Positions 20,830 through 31,263 of a stretch of DNA of 64,000 bases are shown here, piece by piece. Source of the DNA: an uncultured Poribacteria bacterium (GTDB taxonomy: Bacteria > Poribacteria > WGA-4E > WGA-3G). The notes beneath the pieces are model-generated. The model saw only the letters and a list, made by a program, of their open reading frames with translations, did no database searches and was not told the origin of the DNA. The stretch's first letter is position 1. The number at the start of each line of letters is the position of its first letter. Position numbers and translations under genes: made by a program. Where the stretch lies: assembly GCA_951813565.1 (NCBI GenBank), contig OX638351.1, forward strand, positions 2,016,001-2,080,000, given 5' to 3'.

Positions 20830-21705
20830 AGAATGAGTGCTTTTTTCTTTATTTGTGCTATAGTATAGTATATGGATTTTCCAATACTTTCTTTAATTGA
20901 TGATGAAAGCGCGGAGGAATGGTTGCTAAACCATTTCCATCCCCAGGGTTTACACTGTCCACATTGCGATGCGAGCGTGGAGGAGGCACGCTATTTTAGA
21001 ACAACAAAAACAAGTTGCCTAAAGGTTTACCGCTGTCCAATATGTAAGGGTGTATATAACCTCTATAGTGGGACAGTGTTTGCTCAAAAACAGTATCGTC
21101 CTTCACAGGTAGTTCTGCTTTTGCAAGGTGTTTGCAAAGGTTTTTCTTCCGCCCAATTGGCACGCGAACTCGATATCAGTCGTCAAGCGGTGCTTTCCAT
21201 ACGGCGTGTGCTTCAGGCGTCTGCACAGATGATGCAACCTGAGGTAGTTTTGCCGGACACTGAAACAGAAACAGATGAGATGTTTCAAAACGCTGGTGAA
21301 AAAGGAGACCCGCATAAAGACCCAAAGGCCCCAACGCGTCGGCGTGGTAATAAACGCAGAGGTCATGGCACTTATGAGAATGATCGTCCCCCTATAGTCG
21401 GCACGATCGGGCGCAAAAGTAAACGTGTCCGATTGCGTGTGGCACATCGGACCGATAGTGCTACACTCTCATCACACGTGCATCAGTTCACGCGCCCCAT
21501 TGCTACTGTCCATACAGATGGATGGCGAGGCTATAATGGTATTGATCGTTCTCCTGTGAGCGTGTGTGATGGTGATGGCGAATGGGCGAGGGATGACGAT
21601 GCGGATGGTATTTTTGAAACTCACATCAACACGATTGAAGGTGTGTGGACAACGGTTCGTAACTTTCTCCGCCCATTTCGCGGTGTTCATAAAAAGTTCC
21701 GATAG
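20819..21705 (+). mobile_element. IS1595-family element, 3'-truncated; transposase at 20872..21705
   Basis: Zn ribbon CPHC/CPIC, HTH, ETDEMF, HTDGWRGY, HINTIEGVW; left end GGCTCTTGTAAAG; no right TIR seen. Confidence 0.85.
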
Positions 21706-22469
21706 TTTTAAACTATATATTTCCGTGTAATACATTGGATATCGCGGGAAATACACGTTTTGCAAGGTATCCGAGGATACCCAGGGTCTATCTACCAAAG
21801 CGTGTCTACAATAGACACGCGCCTATTTTCTCTTTATGCAATTGTCTGCTTGGTTTGTTATGCGCTGCGACGACACGCTACCAGACAGGTTTTTTATGCT
21901 TTCCGCCTGTCATTTTTTATCAACGCTTTTCGGCTTGCTTGAGACATATCCAAGTATCCACCGAGAATCCGTCTATCATCTCTAAAGGCACTCTTGCAGC
22001 CAAAGTGTTATGATACGTGACACATGTCAAAAACTACAGATAGAAAACTGAGATACAGACACAATCATGTCAAAAGACAAGCATAGTATTATGCCCGTAA
22101 ATATCAAGAAATATATAGATTATTAAATACTGTTACTTAACCTTTCGGGATATATCGCTATCTGTGAATTTGTTATTAATCTCAAATCTATTACTACTGA
22201 GTTTATATCAAAACTCGTCCAACGCACTCACTCATAACATGAGCCCAAACGCTTTTGTTGTTAAATCGGGCTTATAAAGTCTTCCTATAAGAGTGCTTCT
22301 CGACAATTGAATGGCTCTGGATGTGGCAAAGAAAAAATACACATCTTTTCTTATGTATGCTATAATTTGAAGGAAACATGTCATTGATACTTGCTATTAG
22401 AGGGTTTCAAGCTGCTCTGAAAGTCGAACGATTTCACAACATTATTCAACATAAGAGAGGAGAGGCAAG

Positions 22470-23282
22470 ATGAACGCAAAAATAGGTTTGATATTAGCTT
22501 TAGCGATCTTGGTTTTGCAGGCAAATCCGCTTGAGAGCCAAGTTGTTGAAGATGGATTAGTTAGTTACTGGAGTTTTGATGATGCAGACGTTGGAGGCGA
22601 TATTGTTAAAGACCTTGTAGGAGGTAATCACGGAACGATTGTAGGTGCACCTAAGCAGGTCAAAGGCAAAATCGGTGAAGCGTTTGAATTCAGAGGGGAA
22701 CCAGACGCGATTGATGTTGCCTCACCGGCCAATGGAAGTCTGGATTTTGGCGATGATAAAGATTTCTCAATGATGGCATGGATTAAAGTTGACAAACCAC
22801 CGGAATTGGACGGCGGACAGTCTACAATTGTTAGCAAGGGAGATGGAGGTAACAACGCCAGGATTCTCTGGAAAATATTGGCGACTCAACTACAGGTGAC
22901 AATAGCAAATGAAGCCGGTGGAGGACCCAAAATCGACTTTAATTCCGTCGGTGATGTTGTAGATGGAAAATGGCATTATGTTTTCTTTGTGGCAGACAGA
23001 TCGGATACGACTCGCATCTATATTGATGGCAAACTTGATGCTGAGGGAGGGCCCTCTGAAGGCACAGATATTACAACAGAATCTCCATTATTCATTGGTG
23101 CATCTGTCCGAATCGGCAAAGCCACACGTAGATATTTTGAAGGGTTAATTGACGAGGTGGGTATCTATAATCGTGCGCTAACAGATAATGAAATCGAATG
23201 GAACTTCAATTCAGAAGGGCTCGCAGTCAGTCCTCAAAAGAAACTTGCTATCGCATGGGGAGAAATAAAAGTTTCAAGGTAA
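22470..23282 (+). CDS. Exported LamG-like jellyroll protein
   Basis: Signal peptide, LVSYWSFD, DGKWHYV, FEGLIDEVGIYNRAL; terminal AVSPQKKLAIAWGEIK. Confidence 0.9.
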   Translation: MNAKIGLILALAILVLQANPLESQVVEDGLVSYWSFDDADVGGDIVKDLVGGNHGTIVGAPKQVKGKIGEAFEFRGEPDAIDVASPANGSLDFGDDKDFSMMAWIKVDKPPELDGGQSTIVSKGDGGNNARILWKILATQLQVTIANEAGGGPKIDFNSVGDVVDGKWHYVFFVADRSDTTRIYIDGKLDAEGGPSEGTDITTESPLFIGASVRIGKATRRYFEGLIDEVGIYNRALTDNEIEWNFNSEGLAVSPQKKLAIAWGEIKVSR

Positions 23283-23418
23283 CTAAAGTTTGGACAATTT
23301 TTAGATTTTTGTTTAATTAACCAGTTATAGTGAATTCCCAAAATACGGTGATATTATCAAGAACCAAGATCATTTTCGATAGATTGGTATTTACCGTCTA
23401 ATTTGGCTGAAAGGAGTG

Positions 23419-24820
23419 TCACAGTTGCGCCGATAGCATAACTGTGACACTTGTAAGTTCTATACGGATTGACTCTACTTTAAAATGACGAACCGCCGTG
23501 TTTGTTCTCAGGTTTCGGACGATTACCTTGTAACCGTCAAACGTTGGTTTACCATCCAAGTGCCCACTTACAACAAACGCCCACGCTTCCTGTGCCTGGG
23601 ATATGGCAGGTGCTGCTGCATCCTGCGTTTGATTTGTCCACCGTGATCCCACGAAGGCAAAATTGCGCGTCTGTGGGACATTAACGATATAGCCTTGTCC
23701 ACCTTCAATGGGGAATCCATCGTCAGGTGCGCCCGGTGTCCAACCGATGAACCGTTGATTTGCGGCATCAAGTCTATTACAACAGTTGCACCAGCTATCC
23801 CAGCGAGTGATTTTGCGGTCATCGGTTTTGGAGATGCCAAAGGTAGAGAAAGTATGTTTAAACCCTTTGTCAGCGTGAGGTTGTATGAGTTACCAAAATG
23901 GTCGCTCTCCTCCTTGGCAGCAGGTATAGCGATGAACCCGTGTCTGCGTCCATCTGCTGAGTCGTAGTGTTCGACGACTGAACCGTCCTGATTGATATTC
24001 CAGCCCTCCGTGCTGACACTGCCCGGAAACTTCAATTCTTTTAGGTTGAGGGGGCTGCCGACATAGGTGCGTGGAACATCACCCACCGCTTTGGCTCGAC
24101 CAACGACAACCCTTGCATTGTTGAGACCGTGCAGAAAAAAGTATTCCAGATTTGTTGCGTTTGGAAGGTCAATAGATAGAAATCTGCCCACCGAACTACG
24201 CATGTATGCATGATATATACCTTTAGCATCCACGTAGCTGCCCACGATATGGCCTGTCCAGCTCACAAAATCGGCATAAGTTGCCGATGCCCCGGGAACC
24301 TCGACTATTGTATCCCCTGAGAACCCGCGGCAAACACCAGAGGCATCTATATAACTACCCGTCAGTGCCCCCGTTGCATCACTAAGACCGTATATCTCCG
24401 TTTGAACGGCATCCGGAAAATCGTATTGCCGCAACTCACCATTTTCTAAGATGGCACCATGGTACAGACCATCGCTATCTTGGTAGTGTCCGGCAGCTTG
24501 CCCATCATTACCGAGTGCATAGAAATAGGTGCCCTGCGAGTCAGGGAAATCATAGGTCGTAAAAACGCCATTGATGAGTGTAAAGGCGATTTCTTTTCAC
24601 CATCAGCACTTTTCGTGTAGCCTGCGTAATCCTCAAAATCGCTACTTGCAGTCAAAGCTAAAAAGTCTGCACCCGGAACATCAATCGTCTCAAATGTATA
24701 GTTGTCACTGAAGGATTCAGCCTTGTCTTGTGCAGTGGTGTTCCTTATGAAAAAGGAATTGAGGCACATTAACAACGTGAACGTGTAAAGCAAGAAACTG
24801 GTTTTAATCTGTGTAGGCAT
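23419..24820 (-). pseudogene. Frameshifted, truncated exported repeat-rich surface protein
   Basis: Signal peptide MPTQIKTSF...; reading continues across three ORF-track fragments with shifts near 24595 and 23770; repeated YDFP..G.N..G..VG.Y units. Confidence 0.7.
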
Positions 24821-25142
24821 AACGAAAGCTCCTAAATTATTTTTTCTAAAGATCAAAAACAATATATCAGATAACCTGCCCTGAATGGCGATGCTTGTAG
24901 TTGAAGCTTCGCAAGTAGGCATTCAGAAATAAGGTTAAAACGTGTACCGAGTATCATGGTGTACATTCAAAATCCTAAAAGTATGTAACCCAAGTTGCCA
25001 TCTAAGCAAAGCGAAAATATGAAGACCGTTTAACAAGGCAGTTTGAATTCTATAACATCTTCCAAACTTTAGTTTGCAGACACCCACAGGCGTGCCACGA
25101 CAAGATGTCTATATATTTTTATAATTCACCATTATAATATTA

Positions 25143-25338
25143 CTATACTTTGGACAGTTTTAAGTTTTTTTGACACAAAAGCAGAAAAGAGTTTATCCTT
25201 TCAGAATATAACAACACTATTTTGAAAGGACATCAAAATGGATCCTCTTTTCCGCTTAGAACGCATGCTATCAGATTTTAGACCTCTCTTCAAGTATAAC
25301 AATTTTAATCATTTTCGCACCATTGTCTCAGGTTTGAT
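25143..25338 (+). pseudogene. 5' fragment of an IS701-like element
   Basis: End CTATACTTTGGACA, RBS AAAGGA, ORF from 25238 MDPLFRLERMLSDFRPLFKYNNFNHFRTIVSGLM cut by MITE A; family call from memory of N-termini. Confidence 0.5.
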
Positions 25339-26159
25339 GGGTGTGTAAAGTTTTTGTAGAAATCCGCACAACCCCTATTGTAGGGGCGGGGCACAGGGAC
25401 CCCATAGGCGTCAATTTAAGGATTTGTTTCAGGTTGGACGCTATTAAATACAACCTACAAACCTCACGCTTATTGTAGGGGCGGGTCTCTGTGCCCGCCC
25501 GTTGTTTGAATACATCAGCAATGGCGGGGCACAGGGACCCCGCCCTACGATGTGTGACGGGATTTATCCCCTAAATTGACGCCTATGGGGCGGGGCACAG
25601 GGACCCCGCCCTACAGTGGAAAACGCCGCGTAATCATTGTAAATTGAACCTATGTAAACGTGAGTTTGATAATAAAATTCAATAACCACTGTCCGTTGGG
25701 TAGAACGGAATAAACAAAAAATCGGACATAAAAGAGCGATTTTTTCTCCATTTGATGCCGAAATAACAGGAAAATGAGTGAAACTCAACTTTAAATTACT
25801 TCCAAGACGGTTGAATTGTTGGGTTTCGCTTCGCTCTACTCATAGGCGTCAATTTTAGGATATATCCTATTGTGGGAGCGAATCAACGCAGCATGCGCGT
25901 TTGGCATGCTGCCAAATCAACGCCAAATGCGACGAGTGCCATACGCGCGCTCGGCGTTGATTCTGCTTTTGGCATTTGTCGGGTTTTCAACCCCGATATA
26001 ACGATTTGAGTCTCACAATATCGGGCTTAGAAAGCCCTCCCACAAGAAAATCAGGCACTAAATTGACGCCTATAGGTTTCGCTTCGCTCTACCCAACGGA
26101 CATCTACATTTAGGTCTAATTATCAAACTCACGTTATGTAACCAAATATTTACACACCC
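25339..26159. mobile_element. Nested MITE cluster: A contains C (25403-25587) and B (25657-26135); B contains C (25841-26074)
   Basis: B TSD ATGTA splits the A 3' segment AACCTATGTAACC; both C copies flanked by 19-bp direct repeats. Confidence 0.85.
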
Positions 26160-26174
26160 TTTAAAAAAAATAAG

Positions 26175-26203
26175 TTGCATTTTAATTTATTTCGTGTTAT
26201 AAT
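26175..26203 (+). promoter_or_regulatory. Sigma70-type promoter with extended -10
   Basis: TTGCAT-17-TATAAT with TGn. Confidence 0.7.
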
Positions 26204-26209
26204 AGTTTA

Positions 26210-26398
26210 TAACGACTAAAACAGAGTTTTCAACATGGGTACCCTTTATCTAAAATTATATTAGATAACTCTGGTTTAGTCGCCGGGGTGCCCGTTTCTT
26301 TTTTAAGCAGGTGGAAAGACCACCACAGGAAAAGGCAACCTTGGCGACGAAACAGAACGCCTACGCGCAACGCGTGGCATAACAACAGGAGGTATAAA
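26210..26398 (+). ncRNA. Candidate structured 5' leader RNA
   Basis: Long imperfect hairpins with G-U pairs between promoter and RBS AGGAGG; no family recognised. Confidence 0.4.
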
Positions 26399-27136
26399 AT
26401 GGCTATAGGATTTTATACCAAATGGATTATCAGCGGCATTGTGCTGCTGATAATCGTTAGCGTAGGGTGTGTATTGTGGTTTAGATACGATACGGCACCC
26501 TACAGACAAGAGGCATCCGAAACCGCCGAGTTAATCCGCCAACGGGAAACAACCCAAAAAGCGGATGCGAATGGCGAGGCCGCACCGGCTGCCGAAGCCG
26601 CTGCGGAAAGCGAAACGCCAACCGTAGAGAAACAAAGAACCAATATAACCCCCGTGACGAAAGACATAGAACCGACACAAGCACAAACACACCTCTCAAC
26701 GGAAAACGCAGAGACGGCAGAAGTGCGCGTGTCACCGCATGGGTTCGGGCCCTTCCCAGAGGTGCCCGAAGATTATCCACATCAAGACGTCTTTGAAACA
26801 ATCAGCGATGACCCTGCTTATGAATTAATGGATAGAGTACGAATCAAACTCTGGAAGCAGGGAGTCCAAACAATAGGGATACATGGAGAGGGCGGTCTTT
26901 TTTACCCAACAATTCCAGGAACAATCTACATAGAACATGAGCGGATTGACTACGGTAACGGTGTAGTATTCAGCAGCCGAAGTCTCTCCGGAGATCCGGA
27001 AGCACTACAAAGTTTAGGACAAATCAACTGGAACCTTCCGCTCGAACAAATTTCTTTTCCATCCAATATAAAAGTGATTGATGCCAAAGAAGGCGGCATC
27101 AATCCTTACATTTTTTTAGATTTACAAAAGGAGTAA
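26399..27136 (+). CDS. Membrane-anchored hypothetical protein
   Basis: RBS AGGAGG, N-terminal TM helix, Ala/Glu/Thr linker, VSPHGFGPFPEVPEDYP domain. Confidence 0.8.
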   Translation: MAIGFYTKWIISGIVLLIIVSVGCVLWFRYDTAPYRQEASETAELIRQRETTQKADANGEAAPAAEAAAESETPTVEKQRTNITPVTKDIEPTQAQTHLSTENAETAEVRVSPHGFGPFPEVPEDYPHQDVFETISDDPAYELMDRVRIKLWKQGVQTIGIHGEGGLFYPTIPGTIYIEHERIDYGNGVVFSSRSLSGDPEALQSLGQINWNLPLEQISFPSNIKVIDAKEGGINPYIFLDLQKE

Positions 27137-27140
27137 AACA

Positions 27141-27683
27141 ATGAAAAAGTATTTTTTACTGACCATTCTATTAACTTTTATAGCATTTTCAGTTATTGCC
27201 CATTTTCACAACGAAGCATGGGAAGAAGAACGAGAAATAAGCGGCGGTACTGTTATCAGTGGAATTTATCGTACTGCAGGCGATGTTGACGGTCCTCTCA
27301 ATGTAAGTTCCTATTGTGTAATATACAAGACATGGAGCGATACAATGCCAAGCGATACCCATGATGGCATGGTGCATCATGGGTACGCCGCCGGTTCCGT
27401 TTACAACTCCGAAGATGATGAAAAATATGAAGGAGATTGGTTTATAAACGTTCAAGCCATAGGTCACGAAACATTATTCGCCAAAAATCCGAGTGGCCCC
27501 TTCGAAGGTCAATTTAGTAAAAGCGCAGCCGCAAGTCTGGCCATTGAGAATTTTGGGTTATGCAAAGAGATGTTTCCAGATGTAAGTTATGATATAAACA
27601 AACCTTATTCTGTTTCTCACATGCTTGGGAATCATCCATCAAAACAGGAAGATAACGCAGCCTTAACAACAATACCATTTTAA
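27141..27683 (+). CDS. Exported hypothetical protein
   Basis: RBS AAGGAG, signal peptide MKKYFLLTILL...IA. Confidence 0.8.
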   Translation: MKKYFLLTILLTFIAFSVIAHFHNEAWEEEREISGGTVISGIYRTAGDVDGPLNVSSYCVIYKTWSDTMPSDTHDGMVHHGYAAGSVYNSEDDEKYEGDWFINVQAIGHETLFAKNPSGPFEGQFSKSAAASLAIENFGLCKEMFPDVSYDINKPYSVSHMLGNHPSKQEDNAALTTIPF

Positions 27684-27697
27684 GTTAAGACTAACAC

Positions 27698-27736
27698 AGG
27701 CAGGTATCCTTTTGTATATCTGCCTATTTCTTTTTC
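27698..27736 (+). terminator. Intrinsic terminator
   Basis: AGGCAGGTAT...ATATCTGCCT stem followed by T-rich tract. Confidence 0.65.
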
Positions 27737-27842
27737 GGCGTGTTTTGGTGTTTCTGTGTTCACTCAGCACTCGCTTATCAGGAGACTTGCGATCTGTGCT
27801 ATTGCTATAGTCGCGTCACTTCGTCTTCGTAACCATTGAAAA

Positions 27843-29327
27843 CTATTTATCGGGTGCAGAAATCGTTTTCCATTCGGGCCAAATTTCTATCGCAGATTCT
27901 GGCAAAATAGTTAGTGCTCCCTCTTGACTCACAAGAGCAACTTGCAAACTGTTTTGCCCTACTTCTCTCTGTAGCGGCAATAACCAATAAGCGTGATACA
28001 AATCCCCATCAACATAACCGCCAACACATATATCTTCAATATGTTGATAGATAATATCCGCATCCCCTTGCAACTCGTGTATAACTTGTCCATTTTGTTC
28101 AATCTGAATAATAAGCGAAGATGAAACTGAATTCAACCAATTTGCTCTGAGAAAAAGTATCGGTTGACCGTCTGTGTTTTCTAACTCAAAGGTTGCTTCA
28201 ATAGCATTTTGCTCTCCTGCTTTCAGAGACATAAGAGATTTTACCAGCGGATGCTTGGCAAAAACTGGCTCCGCCTCCCCTTGATGTAAACGGGCAAACG
28301 GCGCTCCGTAGGCGTGCCATTCTAAGAACGTCATCAGGTGTGTGCCTATCTCTCTATCAAGTTGACGGATAGTTCCTGTCTGTTCAAGTTCCAGTAATGC
28401 TTCGCAAAGATTCGTTACATTCGCGTATTCGGTGCGTGCTACAGAAAGTAGTTTTGCCACAGGCCATTCTGGATGTGCCTGATATGCGTCCAAAAAGTGC
28501 ATCACTAACTGATTGGTATACCGCGCGGGCGTCATTCCTGCAACTGTAGCGGTACTACCAAGATAGGCACGGCAACCGTTATTCAAAAACGCTCGTAACA
28601 ACACTGAACCAGGAGGTGTGGTAGCACACCCATCAACAATCGCAATAGGATGATGCGGTAATGTTGGCATGCCTTTCGCTGTTACAAAATCTTCACCGAA
28701 TCTATTGCTCAAACTTTTCGGAGTGCCATGCCCAAAATGGATAATCAAATCTGACTGTGTTAGGCGTTCCGCTCCACCTCTTCCCAGTACTGCAACCTCA
28801 TGTCCTTGTTGTGTCAACACATCAAGAAACCGCTGCGTTTCCAGATGGATGCGGGTATCCTCCGAACATAAAATCGACGTCTCCGGTCCGCCGATTTGGG
28901 CAGTTTCGCTCAGTTGCCGCTGCATCGCTTCGGGATTACCAAGTACCCGTGTCGTCACAACTTCAGGAAGACCATCGCCATCTAAATCCGCATAGAAAGA
29001 ATCCGTATGAAGGCGTAATCTGTCCAAGCGAACTTCCCACATTGGAATAATGTTTTCATCTCCTACCAATATAAGATAATCCAGTTGTCCACCAGTTTTT
29101 GATATTATCTCTGATTTAATCTCCCTCACTATTTCTGTTAACTCTGGGTTGGGATACGTCGGTATTGTAATATGTTTTCCTGTCTTTTCCCGATAAACTT
29201 CATCAATATCAAGTATATCAGCATTATATCTACGCGCGAAAGTCTCAACCGCTTTCTGGATACCCAACACATCTTCAGGGTAAGTATCCGCAAGTTTAGT
29301 CATATTTACCAGTATCAACATCTTCAT
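27843..29327 (-). CDS. Peptidase C25 (gingipain-like) family protein
   Basis: YLILVGD..IP, DSFYADLDGDGLPE, HFGHG (His), DGCAT (Cys); no signal peptide. Confidence 0.7.
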   Translation of the reverse strand: MKMLILVNMTKLADTYPEDVLGIQKAVETFARRYNADILDIDEVYREKTGKHITIPTYPNPELTEIVREIKSEIISKTGGQLDYLILVGDENIIPMWEVRLDRLRLHTDSFYADLDGDGLPEVVTTRVLGNPEAMQRQLSETAQIGGPETSILCSEDTRIHLETQRFLDVLTQQGHEVAVLGRGGAERLTQSDLIIHFGHGTPKSLSNRFGEDFVTAKGMPTLPHHPIAIVDGCATTPPGSVLLRAFLNNGCRAYLGSTATVAGMTPARYTNQLVMHFLDAYQAHPEWPVAKLLSVARTEYANVTNLCEALLELEQTGTIRQLDREIGTHLMTFLEWHAYGAPFARLHQGEAEPVFAKHPLVKSLMSLKAGEQNAIEATFELENTDGQPILFLRANWLNSVSSSLIIQIEQNGQVIHELQGDADIIYQHIEDICVGGYVDGDLYHAYWLLPLQREVGQNSLQVALVSQEGALTILPESAIEIWPEWKTISAPDK

Positions 29328-29404
29328 TTGAAATCTCCGTGTTTTTTCTTTCTTTTTTACATCATTAGTATACCGAGATAATTGTCATTTTTCAAGTCTG
29401 AATT

Positions 29405-29616
29405 GGGTGTGTAAAGTTTTTGTAGAAATCCGCACAACTCCTATTGTAGGGGCGGGTCCCCGTGCCTGCCCGTTGCATAGCACGTCCTGCGCAGTGGCGG
29501 AGCACCAAATCAACGGTATGAATGCCTTATGGCATTCCCCGGGACCTCGCCCTACAGTGGAAAACGCCGCGTAATCATTGCAAATTGAACCTATGTAACC
29601 AAATATTTACACACCC
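29405..29616. mobile_element. MITE family A, simplest copy
   Basis: TIR pair, 9-bp TSD GTCTGAATT. Confidence 0.88.
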
Positions 29617-29729
29617 GTCTGAATTGGAGCCGTAAAATTTTCCTTAATCAAAAGGCAGAGATTTGATAAAATAGTTGGTAACTTTGAACTCTAATAATAT
29701 TCCAGTTTACTCGGTAGGAAGGAATAACG

Positions 29730-31196
29730 ATGGAAATGGAAAAACGTCCAAATATCTTGTGGTATTGTACAGACCAACAGCGCTTTGATACCATCGGCGC
29801 GTTAGGAAATCCGCATATCCACACGCCAAGACTTGATGAATTTGTTCAGCAGTCAGTCTCATTCACCCATGCTTATTGTCAGTCTCCAATTTGTACTCCG
29901 TCTCGTGCGAGTTTTATGACCGGTATGTATCCTTCAGCTGTGAGCGTCACTGGCAACGGAAATCCGGTTTTTCCCCAATACTACGAAGATCGGTTAGTTT
30001 CTCATGTTCTTGCCCAAGAAGGTTACGATTGTGGCTTAATTGGTAAGCTCCATCTCGCAAGTGCATTCGACGCACAAGAACACCGCGTTAATGATGGTTA
30101 CCGCTACTTCCAATATAGCCACGACCATGGAAAACCGAACGCATTCGGACACGAATACGCGGATTGGCTACACACACAAGGTGAGGACCTTGGTAAACTT
30201 TTGAGACAGCGAGTGGTCGTGCAAAAACCAAAGAAAAATACGGGTCAATTTCCAGAACCGACTCCTGACTGCGATAATATCCCACCCCATCTCCATCAGA
30301 CCTACTGGTGTACCGAAAAAATAATCGAATTTATCCAAAAAAATCGCAGGAAAAACCAACCGTGGATGCTAAACATCAACCCATTCGATCCGCATCCGGG
30401 GTTTGACGCACCTTGGGAATATTACCGACGTTATGATCCTGAAGCGCTACCCGGTCCTTACTTTCAGGAAAGCGACATCGCTCATCAGGCGAAACTAACT
30501 GATGCTGGTATTGATTTTCAATCAAAGGCGAAACATCCTTCAGAATTTGACGATAAACAGGTACAAGCATCCTATTATGCGATGATTGAACAAGTTGATC
30601 ATGAATTTGGGCGTATACTTGACTATCTTGGTAGCGAGGGATTGCGTGAAAACACTATTATTATCTTCACTTCCGATCATGGAGAATCACTCGGAGACCA
30701 CGGGCTGTTATACAAAGGATGTCGTTTTTACGAAGGATTGGCAAGGGTGCCACTTGTCATTTCATTGCCAACACATTTCTTGGAAAATGTTCAAAGCGAT
30801 GCACTTGTTGAACTACTTGATATTGTTCCCACGCTCTACGATGTATTAGGTATAGACATACCTTATTATGTGCAGGGTAAATCGCTGACGCCTCTGTTGC
30901 GCGGTGATACTCCAACAAATGAACATCGTGAAGCAGTCCGTTGTGAGTTTTTTGGTGCACTCGCTACACCCGACCAAACGCACGCCACAATGTATCGGGA
31001 TAGACGTTGGAAACTCGTTGTGTACCATCAAAAAAGCATCTGTGAACTGTATGATCTTGACAATGACCCGTGGGAACACAACGATCTCTCCGAACATGCT
31101 GATTATCAAGATATTAAGTGGGAACTCATGCAAAAGAGTTTTGACGCTGCCGTCTATGCACACCCGCAAATGATACCCAGAGTTGCTTCCCATTAA
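29730..31196 (+). CDS. Formylglycine-dependent sulfatase
   Basis: PNILW..TDQQR, CTPSR, GKLH, SDHG. Confidence 0.95.
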   Translation: MEMEKRPNILWYCTDQQRFDTIGALGNPHIHTPRLDEFVQQSVSFTHAYCQSPICTPSRASFMTGMYPSAVSVTGNGNPVFPQYYEDRLVSHVLAQEGYDCGLIGKLHLASAFDAQEHRVNDGYRYFQYSHDHGKPNAFGHEYADWLHTQGEDLGKLLRQRVVVQKPKKNTGQFPEPTPDCDNIPPHLHQTYWCTEKIIEFIQKNRRKNQPWMLNINPFDPHPGFDAPWEYYRRYDPEALPGPYFQESDIAHQAKLTDAGIDFQSKAKHPSEFDDKQVQASYYAMIEQVDHEFGRILDYLGSEGLRENTIIIFTSDHGESLGDHGLLYKGCRFYEGLARVPLVISLPTHFLENVQSDALVELLDIVPTLYDVLGIDIPYYVQGKSLTPLLRGDTPTNEHREAVRCEFFGALATPDQTHATMYRDRRWKLVVYHQKSICELYDLDNDPWEHNDLSEHADYQDIKWELMQKSFDAAVYAHPQMIPRVASH

Positions 31197-31263
31197 TGCG
31201 TTATTTGTTCCTGATTTTAAAGCCCCTTTTGAAAATTATACGCTAAAGCGAGGTGGAAAATAG

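Noticed and set aside
26270..26360. Cobalamin or c-di-GMP riboswitch call for the leader
   Set aside because: GGTGCCC and GAAA are present but the B12 box and c-di-GMP core motifs are not; left unclassified
27843..29327. C25 protein as the PorU sortase for the SprA-like system
   Set aside because: Too short, no signal peptide, 15 kb from the SprA-like gene
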